Positions 36,516 to 45,242 of a DNA stretch of 64,000 bases are shown in pieces. The notes under the pieces were generated by a model that did no database searches, was not told the DNA's origin, and worked only from the letters and a program-made list of their open reading frames with translations. This DNA is from a virus, in IMG/VR virus record IMGVR_UViG_3300028196_001473, one strand, 5' to 3'. The position numbers and the translations under genes were made by a program. The stretch's first letter is position 1. Every line of letters starts with the position of its first letter.

Positions 36516-38557
36516 GAGCAGTTTTGGTAGGTAATGATTACCTTAAAGATAATAACGGTAATTTTAGACACTTAGAAAGTAACACTTCTGTTTTACCTTC
36601 ATTTGCAAGAGCCGAAGACTATTTTAACAAGTCCGTATTTGATCAGTTTCTTTTAGATAATAACATAACAAGTATTGTCATTATAGATCCTTTAGGTTCT
36701 AACTTCGTACAAGATGGGTTAGACAAACAACATGACGGTAGTTCTCCTTACCAAAAGATTAGTCATATGTTATCTAATGTTTATGGTGAAACTCATAGTG
36801 TTAGTTTTATCACTCAAAATCAAGATGGGTCTTTACCATTGATCGAGGATGCAGACGATAAATTAATCTTAAGAATTGCATATGACGACAATGCTTTAGT
36901 TGATGAATCATACTGTAAAGATAATTTCGGGTTTCTAAAATTGATATCTGACAGTAATCCTAACTCATTACCTAACGTATTTTTTAATGACGGGAATGAA
37001 ATTAGTGTAGATACTATAGGTACGACGATAACAAACAATGGTAACCATCCTAACTTTATTATTAAGGAAAGGTATCCTACGATCAACTATGGAAATTATC
37101 CTAAAGTATATAGAATTAATAGTGTTGAGGAATTAAACACACTTAAAAACGGATTAAATAGTAACGAATTACTTCAGGAATATATTTGTAACACTAACGA
37201 TTTAATTGATGGTAAATTAAAAACGTACAGACATATTACAATACTATATGGAAGTGACCTATCAGTTTTAAATCCGTTCGACGTATTCTGTCATTCTAAT
37301 AGGTTACCAATAACAGATGCTGTGGATTACGATGGTACAACAAATGAACTATCCCCATGGGAGAGACCTAAGTACTTACAAAAAACAGGGTCAACGGCAG
37401 CTTCGAAACTTTATACTGGATCTGAAAACGATAATGTTAAAAAAAGTGATGGTTCATTAGTTAAACTAAAAGATCTTAGAGTAGGTGATACCCTCTCAAG
37501 TGTTATATTAACTGGTTTAGGACCTGATGACGAATCTCATATTAATTTTGTTTCGAATATAAGTGATTTAAATCGTAGCGATATAGTATATTCGCCCGTA
37601 TTTGATGGGCCATTTGGGGGTATGTCTTATACTAAAGAAGAAGGTCACGATCCAACATACAATAACCCAACCACATCTAACGAATGGGGTGGTTTTGCAA
37701 ATACCAATACAGAATTATCAAACATTGGGTTTCCTGAAGGTGGTCGAATAACGTTCAATGCTTCTTGTGAGGGTAGTGCTCAAGTTATGTTTCTATTAGA
37801 GAAAGATGTATATGATGCAAACGGTAATGGTAATGAGGATACTGAACCCAATTACACAACCGATTCAGTCACTATTAGTGGTACGGGGACTACGAAATAT
37901 TCTCTTGAGATATCTCCGACTAATGAATATAGTTCTTTTGTAATGAAGGTCATGACTCAAGATTTGGATGTCAATATATCTAATACTAAGATTACATCTT
38001 ACGTAAGTGGACTCACCGATACTTCAGTTAGTACTGATAGTATTATTTCCGAAGAGTCGGGATTTTTTGAACACATAATAACCTTAAGTGGGGGTAAAAC
38101 ATATACCTTTTTAGGTAGAAGTCAAATCCTATCATCAGGACCAAATGAGGACTCGTATCGATTCATGATTGCGGATAATTTATTGGTTGGGTGTAAAGTA
38201 ATAACAAGAGAATTAAGTGGGGGGAACCTTATTCCCGAAACGATAGTTTCTATGGGTTATAGGTACGTCCATGAAGTTGCATATAGTATAGATGTCGAAG
38301 AGGTAGATTACTATTTCAGAACAGATAGTTCTGAAACCCCTACACAAAGTGTTATTCATCACAATAAAGAAGTGATTGGGTGTGGGTGTTACTATAAACA
38401 ACTAGAATGGGCCAGGTGCTTTTGTAACAGTCCATGTATTTATGCTCCGGGTGAGTGTGATGACTCCCGTGGATTCATAGATTGTTGTTCTGCGGCACCC
38501 ATTTGTGATGGAGGTTCATTTAACGCCGGACCTTGCGGTGATTCAGGTAAAGAATAA
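36512..38557 (+). CDS. Fusion: permuted ATP-grasp-like domain + Hint domain (with insertion) + Cys-rich C-terminal peptide
   Basis: GNDYLKDNNGNFRHLESNT; FIIKERYP; LLQEY; VKKSDGSLVKLKDLRVGD; YSIDVEEVDYYF...VIHHN; 10 Cys in last 63 aa. Confidence 0.65.
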   Translation: MRAVLVGNDYLKDNNGNFRHLESNTSVLPSFARAEDYFNKSVFDQFLLDNNITSIVIIDPLGSNFVQDGLDKQHDGSSPYQKISHMLSNVYGETHSVSFITQNQDGSLPLIEDADDKLILRIAYDDNALVDESYCKDNFGFLKLISDSNPNSLPNVFFNDGNEISVDTIGTTITNNGNHPNFIIKERYPTINYGNYPKVYRINSVEELNTLKNGLNSNELLQEYICNTNDLIDGKLKTYRHITILYGSDLSVLNPFDVFCHSNRLPITDAVDYDGTTNELSPWERPKYLQKTGSTAASKLYTGSENDNVKKSDGSLVKLKDLRVGDTLSSVILTGLGPDDESHINFVSNISDLNRSDIVYSPVFDGPFGGMSYTKEEGHDPTYNNPTTSNEWGGFANTNTELSNIGFPEGGRITFNASCEGSAQVMFLLEKDVYDANGNGNEDTEPNYTTDSVTISGTGTTKYSLEISPTNEYSSFVMKVMTQDLDVNISNTKITSYVSGLTDTSVSTDSIISEESGFFEHIITLSGGKTYTFLGRSQILSSGPNEDSYRFMIADNLLVGCKVITRELSGGNLIPETIVSMGYRYVHEVAYSIDVEEVDYYFRTDSSETPTQSVIHHNKEVIGCGCYYKQLEWARCFCNSPCIYAPGECDDSRGFIDCCSAAPICDGGSFNAGPCGDSGKE

Positions 38558-38575
38558 ATTAAAAACTAAGTTATT

Positions 38576-38719
38576 ATGTCAGAAGTAAATAAAAATACCC
38601 TTTATAACAATAAAAATCAAATTAGACCAATTATTGATAAATCCTCTACGGAAGATAAAACAAGTATTGAGAACCTAACTAATAGTTTTGTCCAACTAAT
38701 AAAAGACAAACATCTTTAG
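38576..38719 (+). CDS. 47-aa helical microprotein (not in ORF track)
   Basis: Manual translation MSEVNKNTLYNNKNQIRPIIDKSSTEDKTSIENLTNSFVQLIKDKHL. Confidence 0.5.
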   Translation: MSEVNKNTLYNNKNQIRPIIDKSSTEDKTSIENLTNSFVQLIKDKHL

Positions 38720-38757
38720 TATTTGATTTATTAAAATATTATTCGTATATTATTTAT

Positions 38758-39015
38758 ATGAGTAATATTGAAAAAATACACGACCAATTTCCCGAACTTG
38801 AAGTTCTTCAGGCAGATGGGTTCGATGATGCAATTATTGGTTTAGAACCACTAAGTGGTAAATTAATCTATGACATCTCTAAAATGATAGACGTACTTTT
38901 GGAAGAAGGTTTATCTCATGAAGATGCAATAGAGTACCTAGATTTTAATGTACTTAACGCATATGTGGGTGAAAATACCCCACTATATATTCACACTATA
39001 GAGGAAAGTTTATGA
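38758..39015 (+). CDS. Conserved hypothetical phage protein
   Basis: LQADGFDDAIIG...DAIEYLDFNVLNAYVGENTP. Confidence 0.65.
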   Translation: MSNIEKIHDQFPELEVLQADGFDDAIIGLEPLSGKLIYDISKMIDVLLEEGLSHEDAIEYLDFNVLNAYVGENTPLYIHTIEESL

Positions 39016-39212
39016 GTCTAAGTAAAACATATAAAAAGGCGTTGAAGGTTATTGATAGTTGTCACACTAAGGAACAAATCAAAGGAGCCACAAATTACGT
39101 AAATCTTTTTCTTAGTCACTTCACCAAAATGGGTGAGGACTCCGAACTAATAAAAATATACTATACGGAGTTAAATGGGTCGATTCAAAATAAGTTGAAT
39201 GAGGGTTTCTAA
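39012..39212 (+). CDS. Hypothetical protein
   Basis: ATGA-coupled ORF. Confidence 0.55.
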   Translation: MSLSKTYKKALKVIDSCHTKEQIKGATNYVNLFLSHFTKMGEDSELIKIYYTELNGSIQNKLNEGF

Positions 39213-39741
39213 GACCAAAATAAAAGATTGTTACATAATTGAGTACGATAAGTATTTCGATGAAAGAGGACACTTCTCCGTACCTTTTAATGTGGGTGAT
39301 TTTAACAACCAAACAGGGTTAGACTTCCAAATAGTTCAAGAAAACGAATCCTTCTCAAAAAGGAACACTATAAGGGGTCTGCATTTTCAAAAACCCCCAT
39401 TCGAACAATCTAAATTAGTAAGATGTATCCATGGTAAAGTCACAGATGTGATTGTGGATATTAGAAAAACATCTGACACTTATGGTGAGGTGGTTACGGT
39501 TGAGTTGGATGAACACGATGTTAAATCCGTATTTGTGCCTAAAGGATGTGCACATGGATTCTCAACACAATCATCGGCGGTATTCCAATACAAAGTTGAT
39601 AATCAATACAATAAGGATAGTGAGTGTGGTATAATCTATAACGATCCCGATCTTAAAATAGAATGGAACGTAGATCATAACCCCAAAATAAGTAAAAAGG
39701 ATTTATTACTTCCCTTTTTAAAAGATTTAGATATTTATTAG
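39199..39741 (+). CDS. rfbC: dTDP-4-dehydrorhamnose 3,5-epimerase
   Basis: DERGHF, QENESFS, IRGLHFQ, VDIRK, FVPKGCAHGF, IIYNDPDL. Confidence 0.95.
   Translation: MRVSKTKIKDCYIIEYDKYFDERGHFSVPFNVGDFNNQTGLDFQIVQENESFSKRNTIRGLHFQKPPFEQSKLVRCIHGKVTDVIVDIRKTSDTYGEVVTVELDEHDVKSVFVPKGCAHGFSTQSSAVFQYKVDNQYNKDSECGIIYNDPDLKIEWNVDHNPKISKKDLLLPFLKDLDIY
39732..39738 (+). promoter_or_regulatory. Putative late promoter core TATTTAT
   Basis: 15 nt before ATG 39754. Confidence 0.45.
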
Positions 39742-39753
39742 TAAACTATTATT

Positions 39754-40023
39754 ATGTCAAAAGTCATTAAATTAAAACAAGAGGATCTTGAGAAGTTAGT
39801 TCAAGACGTAATTAACGAACAAGAAGAGTGGAAGGGTTCCACAGATCCTGAGATAATGCAAATGGGTCAAGAAGGTCCTGAAGAAATGGGTGACGAACCT
39901 GAGAGTGTAGAAAGTGACGAAGATGGTGTCCCACTTAGATTGGGTAAAGATGGTAAAGGTAATTATTTTGTCTTTAAAGACGACGGATCGGAATCACCAA
40001 CAGTATTCAAAATAAATAAGTAA
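39754..40023 (+). CDS. Small acidic putative internal head protein
   Basis: Leader MSKVIKLKQEDLEKLVQDVINEQ. Confidence 0.5.
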   Translation: MSKVIKLKQEDLEKLVQDVINEQEEWKGSTDPEIMQMGQEGPEEMGDEPESVESDEDGVPLRLGKDGKGNYFVFKDDGSESPTVFKINK

Positions 40024-40026
40024 TAT

Positions 40027-40050
40027 AAACCCCACACAGTGGGGTTTCTT
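40027..40050 (+). terminator. Intrinsic terminator
   Basis: AAACCCCAC-ACA-GTGGGGTTT hairpin. Confidence 0.7.
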
Positions 40051-40064
40051 ATTTAAAATCAAAC

Positions 40065-40071
40065 TATTTAT
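40065..40071 (+). promoter_or_regulatory. Putative late promoter core TATTTAT
   Basis: Just before ATG 40076, after a terminator. Confidence 0.4.
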
Positions 40072-40075
40072 CAAT

Positions 40076-40915
40076 ATGAAGTTATCTTTTCTTTTTGAAG
40101 AACTGAGCTCTAAAAAAGTTCAGGCAATTATAAAACGTAAACCTGATTTTTTCCAAAACAGAGTTAGGTTTGTTTTGGGTGCAAATAATGGTGTGTTTGA
40201 TTTTGAGATACATATAAGTCCTGAAGATATTGGTGACTATGTTGGTGGTGACTACAACATACGTAGTTACACAACTAAAGATAATAGAAAAGTTGACATT
40301 GGACTTTTTGAAACCATATTAGATGGTGATACTTTCGATATTTATGAAAATCACTATTACGATGGAGATTGGGAGTCAGTTTTAGATTATTATCTAAGTC
40401 CCGAAAATGAAGAGACAATTAAAGGTTTCGTCAATCAACTAATTAAGAGGGAAGGTAAGGAAATGGAGGACCATGAGGGGGAGACTTTACAGGACCTAAT
40501 TGATCAGTACGACACTGAAGACCACATTAAAAATGTTTTAAGGGATAGTTTAAGTAATGCCCAAGCAGATGACTATGTAAATTACCTAAAAGACCAATTA
40601 AGAGAATGTTTGATGGAATATGGGAATATTAAAAGTTTTGACCATGAAGGGGTTACACTTAAAGTAGAATTCTCAACAATGATGGATATGTTAGGTCTCG
40701 ATGTCGATGATGTAGATGTGATAGATAAGATGGACGAGGATTGTGGATACGACCCTAAATGTTATTTCGAGGAAATGTTTTATAAAAACACTTACGACTC
40801 ACCTAAGTTTAGTCCTGATGATAGATATTCTGGAGATGCTAGTAACGATGATGTTAACGACATGATTAAAGAAAGATTAGGAGAGATCGAATACGATTAT
40901 AGATTGAAGGTATGA
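40076..40915 (+). CDS. Acidic hypothetical protein, putative virion-internal
   Basis: Leader MKLSFLFEE; very Asp/Glu-rich. Confidence 0.5.
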   Translation: MKLSFLFEELSSKKVQAIIKRKPDFFQNRVRFVLGANNGVFDFEIHISPEDIGDYVGGDYNIRSYTTKDNRKVDIGLFETILDGDTFDIYENHYYDGDWESVLDYYLSPENEETIKGFVNQLIKREGKEMEDHEGETLQDLIDQYDTEDHIKNVLRDSLSNAQADDYVNYLKDQLRECLMEYGNIKSFDHEGVTLKVEFSTMMDMLGLDVDDVDVIDKMDEDCGYDPKCYFEEMFYKNTYDSPKFSPDDRYSGDASNDDVNDMIKERLGEIEYDYRLKV

Positions 40916-42735
40916 GATTAATAGAAACAATTTACGAACTTATTCTTGAGGCGAGACCAAAAGAAATTTACAACAAATACTATTCAGACATAGAATGGAA
41001 TGTGTTTCTTAACATAATAAGTTTAGACCCTAAAACAAAACTTAAAGAAATACCAAAAGATTATGAGATAGTAAAGATTGGTAAGTATGCTAAGTTACTT
41101 ATTAAAATGTTTAAATCGGGTAAACTAAAACCCGAGGATTACCCGAAGGCAAAAGAGTACCTCACATTAGTCTACAAACACCAAGTACCTGTTGATTCAA
41201 ACAAAGTAAAAGAACTCGGTGACTTGTATGCCCTTGTAGAGAAATACTATGTTAAGGATGGGGATCGTAATTATTTTGATGTGGTTAATAATTTGACTGA
41301 TTCTGATCATAAAGTATTAATGAGTGGTGAGAAATGGATCATATACACCCCAACAACTGAGAAGGGAGCCGCTTACTTAGGTCACGGAACACAATGGTGT
41401 ACCGCTTGGGGACCATATTCAACTAATGACCAATATAAAGGACGTAGTAACCACTTCTCACAACACAACAACAAAGGAAGTCTATATGTTATTGTGAAAA
41501 GGGACGAACCAACACAGAAATTCCAATTCCATTTTGAAACTAAACAATTTATGAATCCCGCGGATAGAGGAATTTCTACCTCAGATTTCTTTAACAAACA
41601 TAGGGAAGTTACAAAATACTTCTTCCCATCATTGTTTGATGATACACCAGTCGACAGTACTGAATTAGATAGAATGGATTTCTTAGGTTATGTGGATGTG
41701 GCCACATTAACTGAAAAAGAGATTGGGGATACCGACAATAAGTTGGTAGAAATACTAATTAATAACAATGGTGACGAACTTATTGAAAAACTAAATGAGG
41801 GGTCATTTATTAACGACGGTAATGTATTAGATGTGTCGTCGGACCAACGAGACAATAATAGAATAGTATTTACACTTAGTGAGATAGGTGATGACGTTGA
41901 AACGACAAAATATGCGTTAGATGGGTATAAGTCCGCTTCAGGTCATTATTCAGATCACGGGGAATACCTTAGGAGTGACATAACAGATACTGACGAAGAT
42001 CAGCAAAAAGAAATATTAACACCAATACTCGAAGCATTCTACGATAAAAATTATATCCCTTATGCAAACAGTCGTGATGAATTTATTAAGAAAATAAGTT
42101 TTACGTATTTTGATGAACTTATCAATGATCTTGCAGATGAATACTCACAGTTAAATGAGGAGGGTGTTAGGTCCGCAAACGAAGTTAAAGAGAATGAAAT
42201 AACAAAGTATATAGACATTGATGAAGATCGTAATAGTCATGACATATACATACCGGTAATGAGGTTAGCTCTGTTTATATCCAAAGAAAATATTACACAA
42301 ATAACCGATAGTGAGAGTTTATTTGATGCATATGTTGATAGTAAAGATCTTAACTATGAGTACGAGAACCCAATGTGGGAAATTCCATTAGAACAAGTAT
42401 CACTTAAAGATATGGAAACCCATATCGAGGGTTACTCATCTAAATTAGAAGAAGAATTTGAATCACATCCCGAATGTGAAAAATCAAGAAACGAGTTACA
42501 AGAAATACTAAATAAGTATTTTACAAAATATGGTGGTTATAATACGATATACCGTTTTAATAACGAACATGTACAGGTAACAATACAAGATAAATTCGAT
42601 TGTGAAAAGAATGGAGTACCTGTAGAGGTTATAATCGAAGAGAAAGGTGAACAAAAAAGAGAACGATACACAGGTACTATCTCAATTGAGAAAGTGAAAG
42701 AATACATTTCCATGGAACCCCTTATGGAAGAATAA
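40912..42735 (+). CDS. Large-phage protein with GTxWC domain, putative virion-internal
   Basis: Leader MRLIETIYELILEA; AAYLGHGTQWCT...GSLYVI...KFQFHFETKQFM domain. Confidence 0.55.
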   Translation: MRLIETIYELILEARPKEIYNKYYSDIEWNVFLNIISLDPKTKLKEIPKDYEIVKIGKYAKLLIKMFKSGKLKPEDYPKAKEYLTLVYKHQVPVDSNKVKELGDLYALVEKYYVKDGDRNYFDVVNNLTDSDHKVLMSGEKWIIYTPTTEKGAAYLGHGTQWCTAWGPYSTNDQYKGRSNHFSQHNNKGSLYVIVKRDEPTQKFQFHFETKQFMNPADRGISTSDFFNKHREVTKYFFPSLFDDTPVDSTELDRMDFLGYVDVATLTEKEIGDTDNKLVEILINNNGDELIEKLNEGSFINDGNVLDVSSDQRDNNRIVFTLSEIGDDVETTKYALDGYKSASGHYSDHGEYLRSDITDTDEDQQKEILTPILEAFYDKNYIPYANSRDEFIKKISFTYFDELINDLADEYSQLNEEGVRSANEVKENEITKYIDIDEDRNSHDIYIPVMRLALFISKENITQITDSESLFDAYVDSKDLNYEYENPMWEIPLEQVSLKDMETHIEGYSSKLEEEFESHPECEKSRNELQEILNKYFTKYGGYNTIYRFNNEHVQVTIQDKFDCEKNGVPVEVIIEEKGEQKRERYTGTISIEKVKEYISMEPLMEE

Positions 42736-42790
42736 TTAGTATATTCTAAAAATATTCTTAGAATTTAGTTGTATATAATAAAATAATTAT

Positions 42791-42798
42791 TATCTTTG
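42791..42798 (+). promoter_or_regulatory. Bacteroidota-type -7 promoter box TATCTTTG
   Basis: Matches TAnnTTTG; TTG about 20 nt upstream. Confidence 0.65.
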
Positions 42799-42825
42799 TC
42801 AGTATAAAGGTAAAAATTATATATC

Positions 42826-43113
42826 ATGACAATTAAAGAAATTCAATTCGAACCCCACCAAGTAGGTGGATTCAAATCCAAAACTAACATTAAAGATAAT
42901 ATAGATATCTCCATTGTATGTGGTCAGTTTTTCTACTGTTCACCGAGAGCTAACCTATCACACCCACTTGAATACGATTCTTATGAGATTGCCATTTTTA
43001 GAGATGGTGAGTTCACAAGGGAATTCTATGACGAGTTTCATGGTGATGATGTAGTCGGATATATAAGTGAAGATGAAATTACAAGTTTAATTAATAAAAT
43101 AAAAAAATCATGA
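42826..43113 (+). CDS. Hypothetical protein
   Basis: YCSPR...YEIAI...DDVVGY pattern; downstream of early-type promoter. Confidence 0.6.
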   Translation: MTIKEIQFEPHQVGGFKSKTNIKDNIDISIVCGQFFYCSPRANLSHPLEYDSYEIAIFRDGEFTREFYDEFHGDDVVGYISEDEITSLINKIKKS

Positions 43114-43220
43114 TACCAAAATTCGAAGATTTAAATCCAAAACTACAAGGGTTCGTAATAGGTGTGGGAGTTACACTACTTACGGTTTTTACTACAGGAA
43201 TATACTTAACACATTTTTAA
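43110..43220 (+). CDS. 36-aa single-TM microprotein (not in ORF track)
   Basis: Manual translation; ATGA-coupled; one hydrophobic segment. Confidence 0.45.
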   Translation: MIPKFEDLNPKLQGFVIGVGVTLLTVFTTGIYLTHF

Positions 43221-43221
43221 A

Positions 43222-43707
43222 ATGATATTATTTAATAATCTTAGATACAAAATATTCTGTGATATGGATGGTGTTCTTGTCGATTTCGAGAAGGGTTACT
43301 TTGAACTCACAGGTTTAGATATATCGGGTCAGTGGCACACCACACCTGAATTTTGGAACCCTATAAATGAAAAGGGTCAGGAGTTTTGGGACAATTTAGA
43401 ATGGATGAAGGACGGTAAAAAGTTATGGTCGTATATTGAAGAATATTATCCCGTACTATTGTCCTCCCCATCTCGTAACGGATACGGATCGAGAAAAGGT
43501 AAAAACTCTTGGGTTAATAGAGAGTTGCCAGGAGTACCACTTCTATTGGAGTACTCAAACAATAAAAAGAAATATGCAGGTGAAGACTGTATATTAATTG
43601 ATGATAGGGATTCTAACATAGAACAGTGGATATCTAATGGTGGTATAGGTATTTTACATAAAGATTTTGATACTACCGTAATTGAATTAGAAAAATTAGG
43701 ATTATGA
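43222..43707 (+). CDS. HAD-family 5'(3')-deoxyribonucleotidase-like protein
   Basis: FCDMDGVLVDF (DxDxV), LLSSP, ILIDDR. Confidence 0.85.
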   Translation: MILFNNLRYKIFCDMDGVLVDFEKGYFELTGLDISGQWHTTPEFWNPINEKGQEFWDNLEWMKDGKKLWSYIEEYYPVLLSSPSRNGYGSRKGKNSWVNRELPGVPLLLEYSNNKKKYAGEDCILIDDRDSNIEQWISNGGIGILHKDFDTTVIELEKLGL

Positions 43708-44165
43708 TTAATAACACAAATAGTTTTCAAACAAATTTAAATGGATCATCAGTTGATAAACCATCACAATGGATAAAAATACCTTGGTTTGTATTGGCCA
43801 TAGGTGTAACATATTTCTCACCAGAATTTGGTTTAATCCCTTTGGTAATATGGTTATACCATGTAGTTGACCTATACTTTTGGTCATGGACATATACCTC
43901 AGATTCCATTATTGAGAGAAGGGGTATATTAAACGTGAATACAGAAGAGATACAATACTTTAGAATAAAAGACGTTCAATTGTATGAACCATTTCTATAT
44001 AGGTTAGTCGGGTTGTCTAAAATCATTTTAATCACCTCAGACAAAACAAAACCAATTATAGTACTTGATGGTATTGTGGATGGAGAAGGTAAACGAGAGA
44101 TGTTTAAAACGTTCGCCCTGAAGTCAAGAAGGTCTGAAGGTATACGTGAATTTGACATTAGATAA
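43704..44165 (+). CDS. Membrane-flanked bacterial PH-domain (bPH_2) protein
   Basis: Two TM segments, then IERRGILN...YFRIKDVQLYEPFLYRLVGL. Confidence 0.75.
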   Translation: MINNTNSFQTNLNGSSVDKPSQWIKIPWFVLAIGVTYFSPEFGLIPLVIWLYHVVDLYFWSWTYTSDSIIERRGILNVNTEEIQYFRIKDVQLYEPFLYRLVGLSKIILITSDKTKPIIVLDGIVDGEGKREMFKTFALKSRRSEGIREFDIR

Positions 44166-44388
44166 AAAATTATGTATATTTATTATGAAACAGGTATTAA
44201 CCATGATTTATTTAAGTTCGGTTGACTCGTACTATGATCAACAAACAGGTCTTGTTTATGTATGTAAATCAAAATCATGTAGGGACACCAATGAAGGTAT
44301 AATACTAAAAGAGATGAAGGAGCAATGGTGGGAAAGTCTCACATCTTCAGATCTATCAAGGATCCACTCAAATGGGGGTTTGTATTAA
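44146..44388 (+). CDS. Hypothetical protein
   Basis: ORF track; real start probably a downstream ATG. Confidence 0.45.
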   Translation: MNLTLDKKLCIFIMKQVLTMIYLSSVDSYYDQQTGLVYVCKSKSCRDTNEGIILKEMKEQWWESLTSSDLSRIHSNGGLY

Positions 44389-44772
44389 ATGAAATTTGCA
44401 CTTATAGCACACGATAACAAAAAGGCGGACATGGTCGCATTTGTGTCAAAAAGATTACCATTTTTTAATAGGGAAGATGTAGATATAGTAACTACGGGAA
44501 CAACAGGTAAACACTGTAAACATGCCGGTATTGAGAATTTAGAGACAGTAAATTCAGGACCACTTGGTGGAGACGCTGAGATTGCCACTAAAGTCGTTAA
44601 TGGTGAAATAACGGGTGTCATATTTATGAGAGACCCTTTAGATAAACATCCACATGATGTTGATATCAGTATGTTGATGAGGTTATGTGATGTTCATAAC
44701 GTCCCACTCGCAACAAACTACAAAACTGCGAGTATCCTTATTAAGTGGTTTAAGATGAACAACGTAAAATAA
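44389..44772 (+). CDS. mgsA: Methylglyoxal synthase
   Basis: ALIAHDNKK, TTGTTG, SGPLGGDAEI, RDPL..HPHDVD, RLCDVHNVPLATN. Confidence 0.95.
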   Translation: MKFALIAHDNKKADMVAFVSKRLPFFNREDVDIVTTGTTGKHCKHAGIENLETVNSGPLGGDAEIATKVVNGEITGVIFMRDPLDKHPHDVDISMLMRLCDVHNVPLATNYKTASILIKWFKMNNVK

Positions 44773-44906
44773 TTATATGTTTGAGTACCTTTTTAATTTG
44801 TTTTTGGGTGGAAGTTTTTTCCTAATCATTATATTCTTGATTAAGAGTATTAAGAGTGATAAGAAAAAATAATCACTAGTATATATTAAAAATTTTTAGT
44901 ATTTTG

Positions 44907-44936
44907 TTTGTATATTCAAAAATATTGTTATCTTTG
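44907..44936 (+). promoter_or_regulatory. Bacteroidota-type promoter (TTTG-N18-TATCTTTG)
   Basis: -33 TTTG 44907-44910; -7 box 44929-44936. Confidence 0.7.
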
Positions 44937-44960
44937 TATAAGAATAAAAAATTAAATATT

Positions 44961-45242
44961 ATGAAAAAGTTAATTGTAATGATGGTGTTAGGGGTATGTT
45001 TTACCTCTTGTGTTGAAACTAAAGAAGTACCTAAATGTCAAAGTACTGAGGTTGTGTCTGTGGAAGACCCGAACAAAGAATGGTTTGAACTTATGGATAG
45101 AAATGACGGTGTACAATACTACTGGTTTAAGGATAAATACTATACTGAAACTCAACTCGATTCAATCATGGAGGTTTTACACGTAAAGGTCACTGAGGAA
45201 ATGATTAGAGAGTTAGATTCTATTTCTCAACTTTCCCAATAG
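44961..45242 (+). CDS. Lipoprotein
   Basis: MKKLIVMMVLGVCFTSC lipobox; start moved to ATG 44961, downstream of the promoter. Confidence 0.65.
   Translation: MKKLIVMMVLGVCFTSCVETKEVPKCQSTEVVSVEDPNKEWFELMDRNDGVQYYWFKDKYYTETQLDSIMEVLHVKVTEEMIRELDSISQLSQ

Noticed and set aside
37415-38365. Canonical splicing intein in the 681-aa protein
   Set aside because: No clear N-terminal Cys/Ser, block B His is missing and the +1 residue is Lys; at most C-terminal cleavage
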